From assembly GCA_943787795.1 (NCBI GenBank), contig CALSNU010000002.1, positions 608,001 through 672,000 on the forward strand: a stretch of DNA of 64,000 nt, read 5' to 3'. The position numbers were made by a program, and so were the translations under genes. The DNA comes from an uncultured bacterium (GTDB lineage Bacteria > Planctomycetota > UBA1135 > GCA-002686595). The notes under the pieces were generated by a model. The model made no database searches. It saw only the letters and a list, made by a program, of their open reading frames with translations, and was not told where the DNA came from. Position 1 is the first letter of the stretch; every line of letters begins with the position of its first letter. Below, piece after piece: positions 18,660-31,139 of the stretch.

Positions 18660-19778
18660 ATGGGCCCCAAGATCACCAAGGTGGAGACCGCGTTCCTGCG
18701 CGTCCCCCTCGAGCAGCGCCAGATCACCGACTCCCAGAGCAAGGTGGACGAGGTCGAGTTCCTCACCGTCCGCCTGCACACCGACGCGGGCGTGATCGGC
18801 GTCGGCACCAACTGGTCCTACACTCCGGGCCTGCGCGCGGCGCAGGTGATGGTGGAGGAGAACTACGCGCCGGTGCTCATCGGCAAGGACATCACGCTCC
18901 GCAAGGCGCTCGTGCAGGAGATGTTCCTCACGAACCACTTCGTGGGCCGCGTGGGCGCCTCGCGGGTCGGCATCGCCGCGGTGGAGTTCGCCCTCTGGGA
19001 CATCCAGTGCAAGCGGGCGGGCATGCCCCTCTGGCACTACCTCGGCGCCGCCAGGGACAAGGTGCTCGCCTACAGCACCGACGGCGGCTGGCTGACTTGG
19101 AGCCAGGAGGACCTGGTGCGGGACGCCACGGCGCTCATCGACCGGGGCTTCCACGCGGTCAAGATCAAGCTCGGCCGCGACGACCCCCGCGAGGACTACG
19201 ACCGCATCGGCGCCGTGCGGGACGCGGTGGGCCCGAAGATCCGGATCATGACCGACGTCAACTGCGCCTGGACCCTGAACACGGCGCGCTTCTGGGGCGG
19301 CAAGCTCGCCGACTTCGACGTGTACTGGCTCGAGGAGCCCATGGTGCCCGAGAACGTCAAGGCCCACGCCGAGCTGCAGCAGGCCATCTCGATCCCGGTG
19401 GCGGTGGGAGAGACGATCTTCACCAAGTACGCCTTCCGCGACTACATCGAGGCGGGCGCCGTGGGGATCGTGCAGGCGGACGCCACCAAGCTCCTCGGCA
19501 TCGACGAGTGGCTCGAGGTGGCGGCGCTCGCCGGCGCCCACGACCTGCCCATCGTCCCGCACACCAACGTGCAGCAGAAGCTCCACAGCCAGCTGGCGGC
19601 GGCGACGCCCCACTGCCCGATGCTCGAGAACTGCTACGAGTCCATCAAGGACATCTGGGTCGAGCCCATCGACGTGGTGGACGGCCACTACCAGCTGCCG
19701 ACCGCGCCGGGGGTGGGCCTCGAGCTGACCGAGGAGACCCTGTCGCGCTGCACGGTCGCGACGACCAGCACGGTCTAG
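18660..19778 (+). CDS. Mandelate racemase/muconate lactonizing enzyme family sugar-acid dehydratase
   Basis: ALWDI, KIK motif, metal ligands DVN / EEP / GE, PH, PGVG. Confidence 0.9.
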   Translation: MGPKITKVETAFLRVPLEQRQITDSQSKVDEVEFLTVRLHTDAGVIGVGTNWSYTPGLRAAQVMVEENYAPVLIGKDITLRKALVQEMFLTNHFVGRVGASRVGIAAVEFALWDIQCKRAGMPLWHYLGAARDKVLAYSTDGGWLTWSQEDLVRDATALIDRGFHAVKIKLGRDDPREDYDRIGAVRDAVGPKIRIMTDVNCAWTLNTARFWGGKLADFDVYWLEEPMVPENVKAHAELQQAISIPVAVGETIFTKYAFRDYIEAGAVGIVQADATKLLGIDEWLEVAALAGAHDLPIVPHTNVQQKLHSQLAAATPHCPMLENCYESIKDIWVEPIDVVDGHYQLPTAPGVGLELTEETLSRCTVATTSTV

Positions 19779-19808
19779 GTCGCGCGCCGGCAGCGAGGCT
19801 GCCCAAGA

Positions 19809-19850
19809 CAAGGAGCGCGGACCGCGAGTGATCGCGGCCCGCGCTCCTTG
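19809..19850. terminator. Long hairpin between convergent genes (probable bidirectional terminator)
   Basis: caaggagcgcgg-a-ccgcga-gtga-tcgcgg-c-ccgcgctccttg. Confidence 0.7.
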
Positions 19851-19878
19851 CACGGTCGGGCGGGGAGTTGGCTCGGGC

Positions 19879-20376
19879 TCAGTGCTGGTGGCCGCCGGGG
19901 CCGTGCACGTGGCCGTGCTGCTGCTCTTCCTCGGTGGCCTCGCGGATCTCCACGATCTCGATGGAGAAGTTGAGCGTCTGCCCGGCGAGGGGGTGGTTGA
20001 AGTCCACCGTGATCTCGTCGCCCTCGACCGCGGCGATGGTCCCCATCAGCGGGTTACCGTCCGGGTCAGTGGCCTGGAACTGGATGCCGGCCTCGAGGGT
20101 GGCGTCCTCGGGGAAGCGGTCCCGCGGGACCTTCTGGATGGCCTCGTCGATGCGCGGCCCGTAGCCCTCTTCGGGGGCGACGTTGACCTCGAAGGACTCG
20201 CCGGCGGTCTTGCCGCCCATGGCGGCCTCGAGGCCCGGGACGATGTTGTTTGCGCCGTGCAGGTACGCGAGCGGGTCCTGGCCTTCCGAGGAGTCGATGA
20301 CCTGACCGTCGGTGAGGGTCAGCTTGTAGTGCATCGTGACGACGGCGCCGTCCGCGATCGTGTTGGTGTCGCTCAT
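19879..20376 (-). CDS. slyD: FKBP-type peptidyl-prolyl isomerase SlyD
   Basis: VTMHYKL...PLAYLHG...GLE...DFNHPLAG...REAT; His-rich tail HGHVHGPGGHQH. Confidence 0.95.
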   Translation of the reverse strand: MSDTNTIADGAVVTMHYKLTLTDGQVIDSSEGQDPLAYLHGANNIVPGLEAAMGGKTAGESFEVNVAPEEGYGPRIDEAIQKVPRDRFPEDATLEAGIQFQATDPDGNPLMGTIAAVEGDEITVDFNHPLAGQTLNFSIEIVEIREATEEEQQHGHVHGPGGHQH

Positions 20377-20518
20377 GGGGGCACCCTAGCGGCCTTGGGG
20401 GCGCCGCTGGGGAGGAACTCGGGATCATGCTCCGAGCAGGTCTGGATCTGGCGGCTATGCTGGTCCGCCCGAAAACCGACGCCCCGCCCCGAACGAAGCT
20501 CCGAGCCCGCCCTGAATC

Positions 20519-21418
20519 ATGAAGATCGTCTCCTTCCTCCGCGACGACGCCCTCTGCACAGGGGCGCTCCTCGCCAACGACCTCGTGCTGGACTTCTCTC
20601 ACCCCGGGGCGGATCTCCCCGCCGCGGACGGGCCCTTGGACTGGTGCGACCTGGACGGCGCCCCGCACCAGGCCGCGCGGCGACTGGTCGATGCTGTGGA
20701 TAGCCGCAGGGATGAGCTCACCGCCTCGGGGGCGATCGTCCCCCTGGCGAGCGTCACCCTTGAGGCGCCGGTCCCCCGCCCCGGCAAGGTCATCTGCATC
20801 GGCCTGAACTACCGAGATCACGCCGAGGAGAGCGGCATGGACATCCCCGAGCTGCCGCTCGTGTTCAGCAAGTTCTCCAGCTGCGTGGTCGGCCCCGAGG
20901 CCAATGTCGTCCTTCCGCCGGGCGCCAAGGAGGTCGACTACGAGGCCGAGTTCGGCGTCGTGATCGGCCGCACTGCGAGCCGCGTGAAGGCGGAGGACGC
21001 CATGGATCACGTGCTGGGTTACTGCAACGTCAACGACGTGAGCGCTCGCGACTTTCAGTTCGCCGACGGCCAGTGGCAGCGCGGCAAGTCCTGCGAGACC
21101 TTCTGCCCCGCGGGCCCGTTCCTGGCGACGGCCGACGAGATCGCTGACCCCCACGCGCTCCGGATCCAGTTCCGCATGAACGGCGAGACGCTGCAGGACT
21201 CGAGCACCGACCAGCTCATCTTCGGCATCCCTGAGCTCATCGCGCACCTCTCGGGCTTCATCACCCTTGAGCCGGGCGACCTGATCTCCACCGGCACGCC
21301 CCCCGGCGTGGGCTTCGCCCGCAAGCCGCCCATTTACATTCAGCCCGGCGACGTGATGGAGGTCGAGGTCGAGGGCCTCGGCGTGCTCCGTAACCCCGCC
21401 TTCGGCGCGGAGGGATGA
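20519..21418 (+). CDS. Fumarylacetoacetate hydrolase family protein
   Basis: CIGLNYRDH, DYEAE, NDVSARD, GKSCETF, GDLISTGTP. Confidence 0.93.
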   Translation: MKIVSFLRDDALCTGALLANDLVLDFSHPGADLPAADGPLDWCDLDGAPHQAARRLVDAVDSRRDELTASGAIVPLASVTLEAPVPRPGKVICIGLNYRDHAEESGMDIPELPLVFSKFSSCVVGPEANVVLPPGAKEVDYEAEFGVVIGRTASRVKAEDAMDHVLGYCNVNDVSARDFQFADGQWQRGKSCETFCPAGPFLATADEIADPHALRIQFRMNGETLQDSSTDQLIFGIPELIAHLSGFITLEPGDLISTGTPPGVGFARKPPIYIQPGDVMEVEVEGLGVLRNPAFGAEG

Positions 21419-22413
21419 GCGGCGCGGGCCTCGTTACCGCGCGGCTCGGGCGCACCGATGTCGAGGTCACCACCCTCGGCCTTGGGACCGCGCCCATGGG
21501 CGGGCTCTTCGAGGCCGTGAGCGACGGGGACGCGGCGGCGGTCATCGACGCCGCCTGGGAGGGCGGCGTTCGCTTCTTCGATACGGCGCCCTGGTACGGC
21601 TTCGGGCGGGCCGAGACCCGCGTCGGTCCGGCGCTTCGCGGCCGCGAGGGCTGGAGCCTCTCCACCAAGGTGGGGCGCCTCTTGGAGCCGAGCGATCAGC
21701 CGCCCGGGCCCGAGAACGGCTGGCCCGATCCCCTGCCCTTCGCCCCGGTGCACGACTACGGCCGTGAGGGCGTGCTGCAGAGCTTCGAGGAGAGCCTCGC
21801 GCGCATGGGCCTCGAGCGGGTCGACACGCTCTTCCTCCATGACATCGGGCGCATGACCCACGGCGGCGAGCACGACCAGCACTTCGCTGACGCCATGGGG
21901 GGCGGGCTCGCGGCGCTCCAGGAGCTGAAGGCCGCGGGCCGTATCGGCGCTCTCGGGATCGGGGTCAACGAGACCGAGGTGCTGCTCGCCGCCATGGACC
22001 ACGCCGACTGGGACGTGTTTCTCCTGGCGGGCCGCTACACGCTGCTGGAGCAGGGAGCGCTGGATGAGCTGCTCCCGCGCTGCGAGCGCGCGGGCACCAG
22101 CGTGGTCGTCGGCGGCGCCTTCAACTCCGGCCTCCTCGCAGGTGGCCGCACCTGGAACTACGCCCAGGCGCCGACCGAGCTCATCGTGCGGCGGGACCGG
22201 CTCGCACGCGTGGTGCGGGAGTTCGACGTGGCCCTGGAGGCCGCCGCGCTCCAGTTCCCCCTGGCGCACCCCGCCGTGGCGTCGGTGCTGATGGGCTGCC
22301 GGACCCCCGAGGAGGTGCGCGCCAACCTCGCCCACTTTGCCGCGCCCATCCCCGCCGAACTCTGGCCGCGCCTGGTGGCGGACGGCCTGCTGGACGAGCG
22401 CGTCCTGGGCTGA
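21415..22413 (+). CDS. Aldo/keto reductase, D-threo-aldose/L-fucose dehydrogenase-like
   Basis: FDTAPWYG, STKVGRLL, LFLHDI, GIGVNE, LLAGRYTLL, FNSGLL; ATGA overlap with the FAH gene. Confidence 0.88.
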   Translation: MSGAGLVTARLGRTDVEVTTLGLGTAPMGGLFEAVSDGDAAAVIDAAWEGGVRFFDTAPWYGFGRAETRVGPALRGREGWSLSTKVGRLLEPSDQPPGPENGWPDPLPFAPVHDYGREGVLQSFEESLARMGLERVDTLFLHDIGRMTHGGEHDQHFADAMGGGLAALQELKAAGRIGALGIGVNETEVLLAAMDHADWDVFLLAGRYTLLEQGALDELLPRCERAGTSVVVGGAFNSGLLAGGRTWNYAQAPTELIVRRDRLARVVREFDVALEAAALQFPLAHPAVASVLMGCRTPEEVRANLAHFAAPIPAELWPRLVADGLLDERVLG

Positions 22414-22437
22414 TCGCCGCTCCCGGCGCGCCGTCGC

Positions 22438-23460
22438 CTAGAGGCGGATGCGGTCGCCGTCGTCGAGGATCGAGGAGCCTGCGGCCCGGACCGCGGCGGC
22501 GGCGTCGCTCGTTGGGTCGGTCGCGGGGTTCGAATGGTTGAGATGGGTGAAGACGACCTTCCCGCGCTCCGCCTTGGGGAGCGGCGCGATGCGGGCCAGG
22601 GTCTCGACGATGAACGGGTGGGGCACCTGGGACATGTCGCGGCCGGGGAGCTCGGCGGGCCCGTAGAAGGTGCCGTCCACCAACGCCACGTCCACGCTGG
22701 CGATCACGTCCTCGAGGGCCCGGTCCCACTTCTCCCACTTGTCAATGTCCGGCAGGTAGAGCACGGAGCGCTCGGGCCCGCGAATGAGGAAGGCGACGGT
22801 GTCGGTGAACTCGTCGCGGTGGGGGACCTGGATGGCGGTCACGGAGAGGTCCTCCGCGAGGTCCAGGGTCTCGCCGGGCTGCAGGACCTGGGGGCGGGCG
22901 TAGCCGCCGTCGAAGAGCAGGCTCCAGGGGCCGTTGGACCCGAGGAAGCTCGCCATGCGCTCGGTGCCGATGAGCGGGACCGGCGCCGAGCCGTAGGCCT
23001 CGCGGCCGAGCTGCAGCAGCCCGACCACGTGGCCGAGGTGGGCGTGGGTGATGAAGATGCCGTCGAAGAGCGCGGGGCGTCCGGGCGCGTCTTCGGGCGG
23101 CCCGCCGAGCCCGCGCGCCCGCTCCACCTGCCGCGCGATGTCCGGGGTCGCGTCGAAGAGCCAGCGGCGGCCGTCCCGGGGGTCCACCAGCAGGAGGCTC
23201 GTCACGAGGCGCGCCCGGGAGGGGTCCTCGCGGGCCGCGACGCAGCACGCGCGGGCGCAGCCGATCTGGGGGAGTCCGCCGTCTTGAGCCGTGCCCAGCG
23301 CGACCACGTAGGGGGAGCTCGGATCCACGAGCCCGGGGCCCAGCGCATCGAGGTCGCCGTGGGCGGCGCAGCCGATGAGCGAGCCACTCCAGAGCCCCAC
23401 GCCGAGCAGCAGGGCGGGGTCTGTGGCGATGTGATGGAGGCGTCGCAGGAGGGTGATCAC
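22438..23460 (-). CDS. MBL-fold metallo-hydrolase, PqqB-like
   Basis: GTAQDGG.PQIGC, DATPD, THAHLGH, PHRDE, PDIDKW, DGTF, HLNHSN. Confidence 0.85.
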   Translation of the reverse strand: MITLLRRLHHIATDPALLLGVGLWSGSLIGCAAHGDLDALGPGLVDPSSPYVVALGTAQDGGLPQIGCARACCVAAREDPSRARLVTSLLLVDPRDGRRWLFDATPDIARQVERARGLGGPPEDAPGRPALFDGIFITHAHLGHVVGLLQLGREAYGSAPVPLIGTERMASFLGSNGPWSLLFDGGYARPQVLQPGETLDLAEDLSVTAIQVPHRDEFTDTVAFLIRGPERSVLYLPDIDKWEKWDRALEDVIASVDVALVDGTFYGPAELPGRDMSQVPHPFIVETLARIAPLPKAERGKVVFTHLNHSNPATDPTSDAAAAVRAAGSSILDDGDRIRL

Positions 23461-23519
23461 CTCTGAAGTATCGCACAGGCTCGGGGATTCGTCGCACCCG
23501 GCATGTTCTCATCGGCTCC

Positions 23520-24077
23520 ATGGAAGGGGGCACGAACTCGCGACTGGAAGAGGTGCTGCGGCTAGGCACGGAGGCCTGGCATGACTTCTGCGCCCAGCGG
23601 GCCGGCGAGTTCCACCGGGTGATCCCGGCGGATCAGCGGCTGGCCATCGACATGCTCAAGGACCAGCGCAATCGGGCGAACACCTTCCTGGAGCTGGGGT
23701 CCGCCACGGGCGTGATCACCGTGCTCGCCGACATCATCGGCTTCGAGGCGGTGGGGATCGAGATCGAGCCGGCGCTCATCACGACCGCCGAGGACCTCGC
23801 CGAGGAGGTGGGCTCGGGCGCGCGTTTCGTGGAGGGCAGCTTCGTCCCGCCGGACTACCGCGACGAGGTGGGGCTCCTCGAGAGCGACTACATGACGCCC
23901 ACCGAGGGCGCCGACGCCTACGGCGAGCTCGGCATGGACATCGCGGACTTTGACCTCGTGTACGCCTACCCGTGGCCTGGCGAGGAGGACTGGCTCATCG
24001 AGATGGTCCGCCGCTTCGGCGGGCCGCGCACGTCCCTGATGATCTACACGGTGCGCGACGGCTACGAGCTGCTCTGA
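23520..24077 (+). CDS. Class I SAM-dependent methyltransferase
   Basis: FLELGSATG motif I, GIEIE, FDLVYAYPWP. Confidence 0.8.
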   Translation: MEGGTNSRLEEVLRLGTEAWHDFCAQRAGEFHRVIPADQRLAIDMLKDQRNRANTFLELGSATGVITVLADIIGFEAVGIEIEPALITTAEDLAEEVGSGARFVEGSFVPPDYRDEVGLLESDYMTPTEGADAYGELGMDIADFDLVYAYPWPGEEDWLIEMVRRFGGPRTSLMIYTVRDGYELL

Positions 24078-24158
24078 GGACTCCTGCCCGAGGACCTCGA
24101 TCCACCCCTTAGCGTCGCGTTCGCGACCGTCCTCGACCCGCTTCGGGGAAGAGAGGGA

Positions 24159-24233
24159 TGGAGGCGGCACCCGGACTCGAACCGGGGAATAATGGATTTG
24201 CAATCCATCGCCTTACCACTTGGCTATGCCGCC
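24159..24233 (-). tRNA. tRNA-Cys (GCA)
   Basis: GGCGGCATAGCCAAGTGGTAAGGCGATGGATTGCAAATCCATT...GGTTCGAGTCCGGGTGCCGCCTCCA; encoded CCA. Confidence 0.97.
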
Positions 24234-24427
24234 TCTGCGCTCAGTATCGCCAGGACAAGTCCCGGGACTGAAGTCGCCGGGGAATCATAGGGGCCCCCCG
24301 GCGCCCGTCAACCCGAGCGGGCGCCCCAGTTGGCGACACGCACCATGGAGGCCTGGATACCGGGCGAGCCGAGAAGCGCCGGGCTCGGCGCAGAGGACCC
24401 GGCGCCCCTGCTAGGATTCAGCGCGGA

Positions 24428-24512
24428 GGGGATGTGGCGGAATTGGTAGACGCATCGGACTTAAAATCCGAAGGCCTTGGCCGTCCGGGTTCGATTCCCG
24501 GCATCCCTACCA
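24428..24512 (+). tRNA. tRNA-Leu (TAA)
   Basis: GGGGATGTGGCGGAATTGGTAGACGCATCGGACTTAAAATCCGA...GGTTCGATTCCCGGCATCCCTACCA; variable arm; encoded CCA. Confidence 0.97.
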
Positions 24513-24522
24513 GCACTGGCTC

Positions 24523-26089
24523 GTGGGCCGGGAGGCCCGACGGGGCCGCGGCGTGCCTGGTCCTGGGGCTCCTCCTGGGGACCGGTGGCTGCGCGGGGCC
24601 GGGCGCCGGCGGAGGTGAGGCCTCTGCGGCCAACTCGGGAGCGGACGCCACGGGCGAGCTGCTCGAGGTCGATGAGGCGGAGCTGCGCGACCGGATCCGC
24701 GGGGCGTGGCTTGGACAGATGATCGGCGTCACCTGGGGTTTCCCGACGGAGTTCTATGCCCGCTACATCTGGGAGCTCTTCCCCGACCTTCACCAACGCG
24801 ATGGTGAGCCGGCGAATATCTACCTGGCCTTCGAGGGACAGCCGATCCCCCTCGACCTCCTGCCCGCCTGGACGCCGGAGCTCATCAACGGCGCCTACAC
24901 CCAGGACGACCTCTACGTGGAGGTGCCCTTCATGGAGGCCCTCGCTGAGCACGGGGTGAACGCGGGTTGGGGCCCCCTGGGTGAGGCCTTCGCGGCCTCG
25001 GAGTTCCCCCTCTACCACGCGAACCTCGCGGCGCGGGACAACCTGCGGCGCGGGCTCCCCCCTCCGGCCTCGGGGCACTGGTCCAACACGGGAGAGAGCG
25101 ACGACATTGACTGGCAGATCGAGTCGGACTTCGTGGGCCTGATGGCGCCGGCTCAGCCGGCGGCGGCGGTGGACCTCGCCTTTCGAATGGGCCACGTCAT
25201 GAACCACGGCGACGGCGTCTATGGCGGGGTCTTCGTGGCGACCATGCTGTCCACGGCCTTCACCGCGGGGTCCGTGCTTGAGATCGCGGAGGCCGGCCGC
25301 GACGTGCTCCCGCCGGGGAGCGGCTACCGCCAGGTCATTGATGATGTGTTCGACATGTGGGAGGGCGGTGAGCCCTTCGACGTGAACCTCGACGCTCTCT
25401 ACAAGCGCTACGGCGCCCTGGATCGGTGCGCCGAGTGGGCCGGCGCCGCGGACCCCCTGAACATCGACGCCCGCCTCAACGGTGCCTTCATCCTCCTGGG
25501 ACTGCTCTACGGAGAGGGGGAACTCGCCCGCTCCATGCGCCTCGCCATGGCGGCGGGCCAGGACAGCGACTGCAACCCCTCCAACGTCGGCAGCATCCTC
25601 GGGGCGTTCATGGGCGCGGAGGCGCTGGCCCAGGACGATGACCGCTGGCTCTCGGCCCTGGACGAGACCCAGACGTTCGAGACCACCCCGCACCGGCTCG
25701 ATGAACTCGTGCGGCTCAACCTCGAGCTCGCCCGCGGCGTCGTGGAACTGCGCGGTGGGGAGGCGCCGAGGGGAGGTCGCTGGCGGATTCCCGTCGGGCC
25801 CAGCGCGCCTCCCTTGCTCCTGGAGCAGTGGCCCCTGGTCCCGAACGAGGCCCCGATCTTGCAGGTGCAGGTCGAGCGAACGGACGGGCGCGCTGTCCGC
25901 GTCCGCGCCCGGGCCGACGACGCGGACGGCGGGCTGAGCTACCAGTGGTGCTTCGGCGACCTCGCCTTCGCCCGCGGCCCGGACCACGTGCATCGCTACC
26001 GCGCGCCGGGCACCTACGAGCTCATTGCCCTCGCCTCCGACCGCACCGGCAACACGACCATCGTCACGACCTCGATCCAGGTTCCTTGA
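24523..26089 (+). CDS. ADP-ribosylglycohydrolase family lipoprotein with C-terminal PKD domain; probable extra G at 24542-24545
   Basis: GAWLGQMIGVTWGFPTEF, QDDLYVE, DDIDWQIESD, GQDSDCN; PKD motif YQWCFGD...HRYRAPGTY; the signal peptide is restored by removing one G. Confidence 0.8.
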
Positions 26090-26125
26090 CTCGACCGAGG
26101 TGCCGGCGCCTTCGGCTCAGGACGG

Positions 26126-27528
26126 TCAAGCGAGGACGTCGCGGATGACGCGGCCGTGGACGTCGGTGAGGCGGTAGTCGCGGCCCTGGAAGCGGAAGGT
26201 GAGCTTCTCGTGGTCGAGGCCAAGCTGGTGGAGGATGGTGGCGTGGAGGTCGTGGACGTCCATGGCGCCTTGTACGGGGGCGAAGCCGATCTCGTCGGTC
26301 TCGCCGTAGGAGTGGCCGGGCTTGATGCCGCCGCCCGCCATGAAGAGCGTGAAGGCGCTCACGTGGTGGTCGCGGCCCACGAAGTCGCGCACCTCGCCCA
26401 GCGGCGTGCGCCCGAACTCGCCGCCCCAGACCACCAGCGTGTCCTCGAGGAGGCCGCGGCGCTCGAGGTCGAGGATGAGCCCGGCGGTGGCGCGGTCCAC
26501 CTCCTTGCAGCGTCGCTCCAGGGGTTCGCCCAGGTGGTTGCCGGGGTCCCCGTGGTGGTCCCAGTCGGTGTGGTAGAGCTGGACGAAGCGCGAGCCGCGC
26601 TCCACGAGGCGCCGGGCGAGCAGGCAGTTGCGGGCGAAGGAGGGGCGGCCGTCGCCGAGGCCGTAGAGGTCGCGGGTCTCCTGGGTCTCGCCGGTGAGGT
26701 CGATCAGGTCCGGCGTGCTGGTCTGCATCTTGTGCGCCAGCTCGTAGGTCTTCACCCGGTCGCGGAAGGCGGGGTCGCCGGTGCGGTCCGCCGCGATGCG
26801 GTCGAGGTCGCCCACGGCGTCGAAGAAGTCCGACTGCTCGTCGGCGCCCACACCCTCGGGGCTCGCGAGGTCGAGCACCGGGTCGCCCTGGGCGCGGAAG
26901 GGGGTGCCCGCCACGTTGGTGGGCAGGAAGGCGTTGCCCCACAGGGGCGCGCCGCCCCGCGGGCCGCGGCCGCCGGAGCGCAGCACCACAAAGCCCGGCA
27001 GGTCCTCGGCCTCGGAGCCGAGGCCATACAGGCTCCAGGCCCCCATGCTCGGCCGGCCGAACTGGCCGGAGCCGGTGTTCATGAACAGCTTGGCGGGGCC
27101 GTGGTTGATCTCCTTGGCCTGCATGCCGCGCAGGAAGCAGAGCTTGTCCACGATGCCCGCAATGTTCGGCAGCAGCTCGCTGACCGGGGCGCCGCACTCG
27201 CCGTGGCGGGCGAAGGTGCGCTTGGTGCCCAGGAGCTTGGCGCGCTCCCCGTCGATGAACGCGAAGCGCTTGCCGGCCGAGAGGCTCGGGGGGAGGGGCT
27301 GGCCGTCGAGGCGCTGGAGGGTCTCCTTGGGCTCGAACAGCTCCAGCTGGCTCGGGGCGCCGGCCATGAAAAGCCAGATCACGCGCTTGGCCTTCGCGAC
27401 CGGGAGCTGCGCGTGCCGTACGTCGGCCAGGCCGTCGCGGGCGAGCAGGTCGCCCAGGGCCAGGGCGCCGATGCCGCTGGCGCCGGCGCGCAGGATGGAG
27501 CGGCGCGAGAGGTGGTGGAGGGGGTCGC

Positions 27529-27532
<4 letters not shown>
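26126..27532 (-). CDS. DUF1501 sulfatase-like protein (Tat signal)
   Basis: SRRSIL, AKRVIWLFMAGAPSQLELF, CLLARRLVERG.RFVQ, WGGEFGRTP, GRDHH, RLTDVHG. Confidence 0.93.
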
Positions 27533-30322
<2,790 letters not shown>

Positions 30323-30456
30323 GAAATGACGATAGCAGAGCGCTCAGGAGCCTGTGGGGCCCACTCCCGAGCGATCTTGGAGGTCGGATGAAAGTCGCCG
30401 GGCCCCTTCCCTAAAGATTGGTGGATCCCCTCCCCTCAACGACAGCACCTTTCCCC

Positions 30457-31068
30457 ATGCGTTTCATTCTTCTGCTCGCCGTCCTCCTCGCCGGCATCTT
30501 TGCCTACAAGTTCTCAGGTTCATTTGTCTCGTTCCAATCCAGTGGCCCCTCGATCGCGGGCGACCACCACGGCGCGAGGTACAAGCTGACAGGCCACTCG
30601 GAGAAGTCCATTGAGGACGGATCCTCGGTCTTGATATGGACGACCGCCACGTTCCCTGGCGGACCCCAGGGGCTCGCCTACGCCGTCATCGTCCGGGGCC
30701 TTGACCGGGAGGACGGAGCCGGGTGGAGCGCGAGTCGAAAAGGTCGGACCTACTCGGATCAACAGGGCATCAAGGCCGAGTTCAATGCGACCAGTGGCGG
30801 CGCCGAAATGTCCCTCTCCTACGCTGTCGACATGGTCCCTCCCGGGCCTGACGGTCCGCGGGGGGCAGTGGAGAGCACGGAGCGGCTCCTCGGGTCCTTT
30901 TCTCCCGGTGCGAGCCTGGCTCCTCTGGACCTCGAGAGCGGACGACTGTTCGTGGTGGAGATGTCCGAGGGCGGAGCCAGCATGGAACAGTTCAAGGTGG
31001 ACCTCCCGGCCATCGAGGGCGACGACATCGATGAGAACCAGCTGTTGAGCGTGATCTCGGGCGAGTGA
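30457..31068 (+). CDS. Hypothetical protein with N-terminal membrane anchor
   Basis: MRFILLLAVLLAGIFAY hydrophobic N-terminus; fills the gap between known genes. Confidence 0.6.
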   Translation: MRFILLLAVLLAGIFAYKFSGSFVSFQSSGPSIAGDHHGARYKLTGHSEKSIEDGSSVLIWTTATFPGGPQGLAYAVIVRGLDREDGAGWSASRKGRTYSDQQGIKAEFNATSGGAEMSLSYAVDMVPPGPDGPRGAVESTERLLGSFSPGASLAPLDLESGRLFVVEMSEGGASMEQFKVDLPAIEGDDIDENQLLSVISGE

Positions 31069-31085
31069 GCGGACAGGACGAACAG

Positions 31086-31122
31086 AGCGCGCCCGCCCCG
31101 GTCAGACCGGGGCGGGCGCGCT
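31086..31122. terminator. Perfect 18-bp inverted repeat between convergent genes
   Basis: agcgcgcccgccccggtc-a-gaccggggcgggcgcgct. Confidence 0.75.
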
Positions 31123-31139
31123 GTCATTGCGGGTTCAGA

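Noticed and set aside
24159..24512. tRNA-anchored integrative element
   Set aside because: No integrase and no duplicated tRNA 3' end were seen in the window; the flanking genes have host-like composition.
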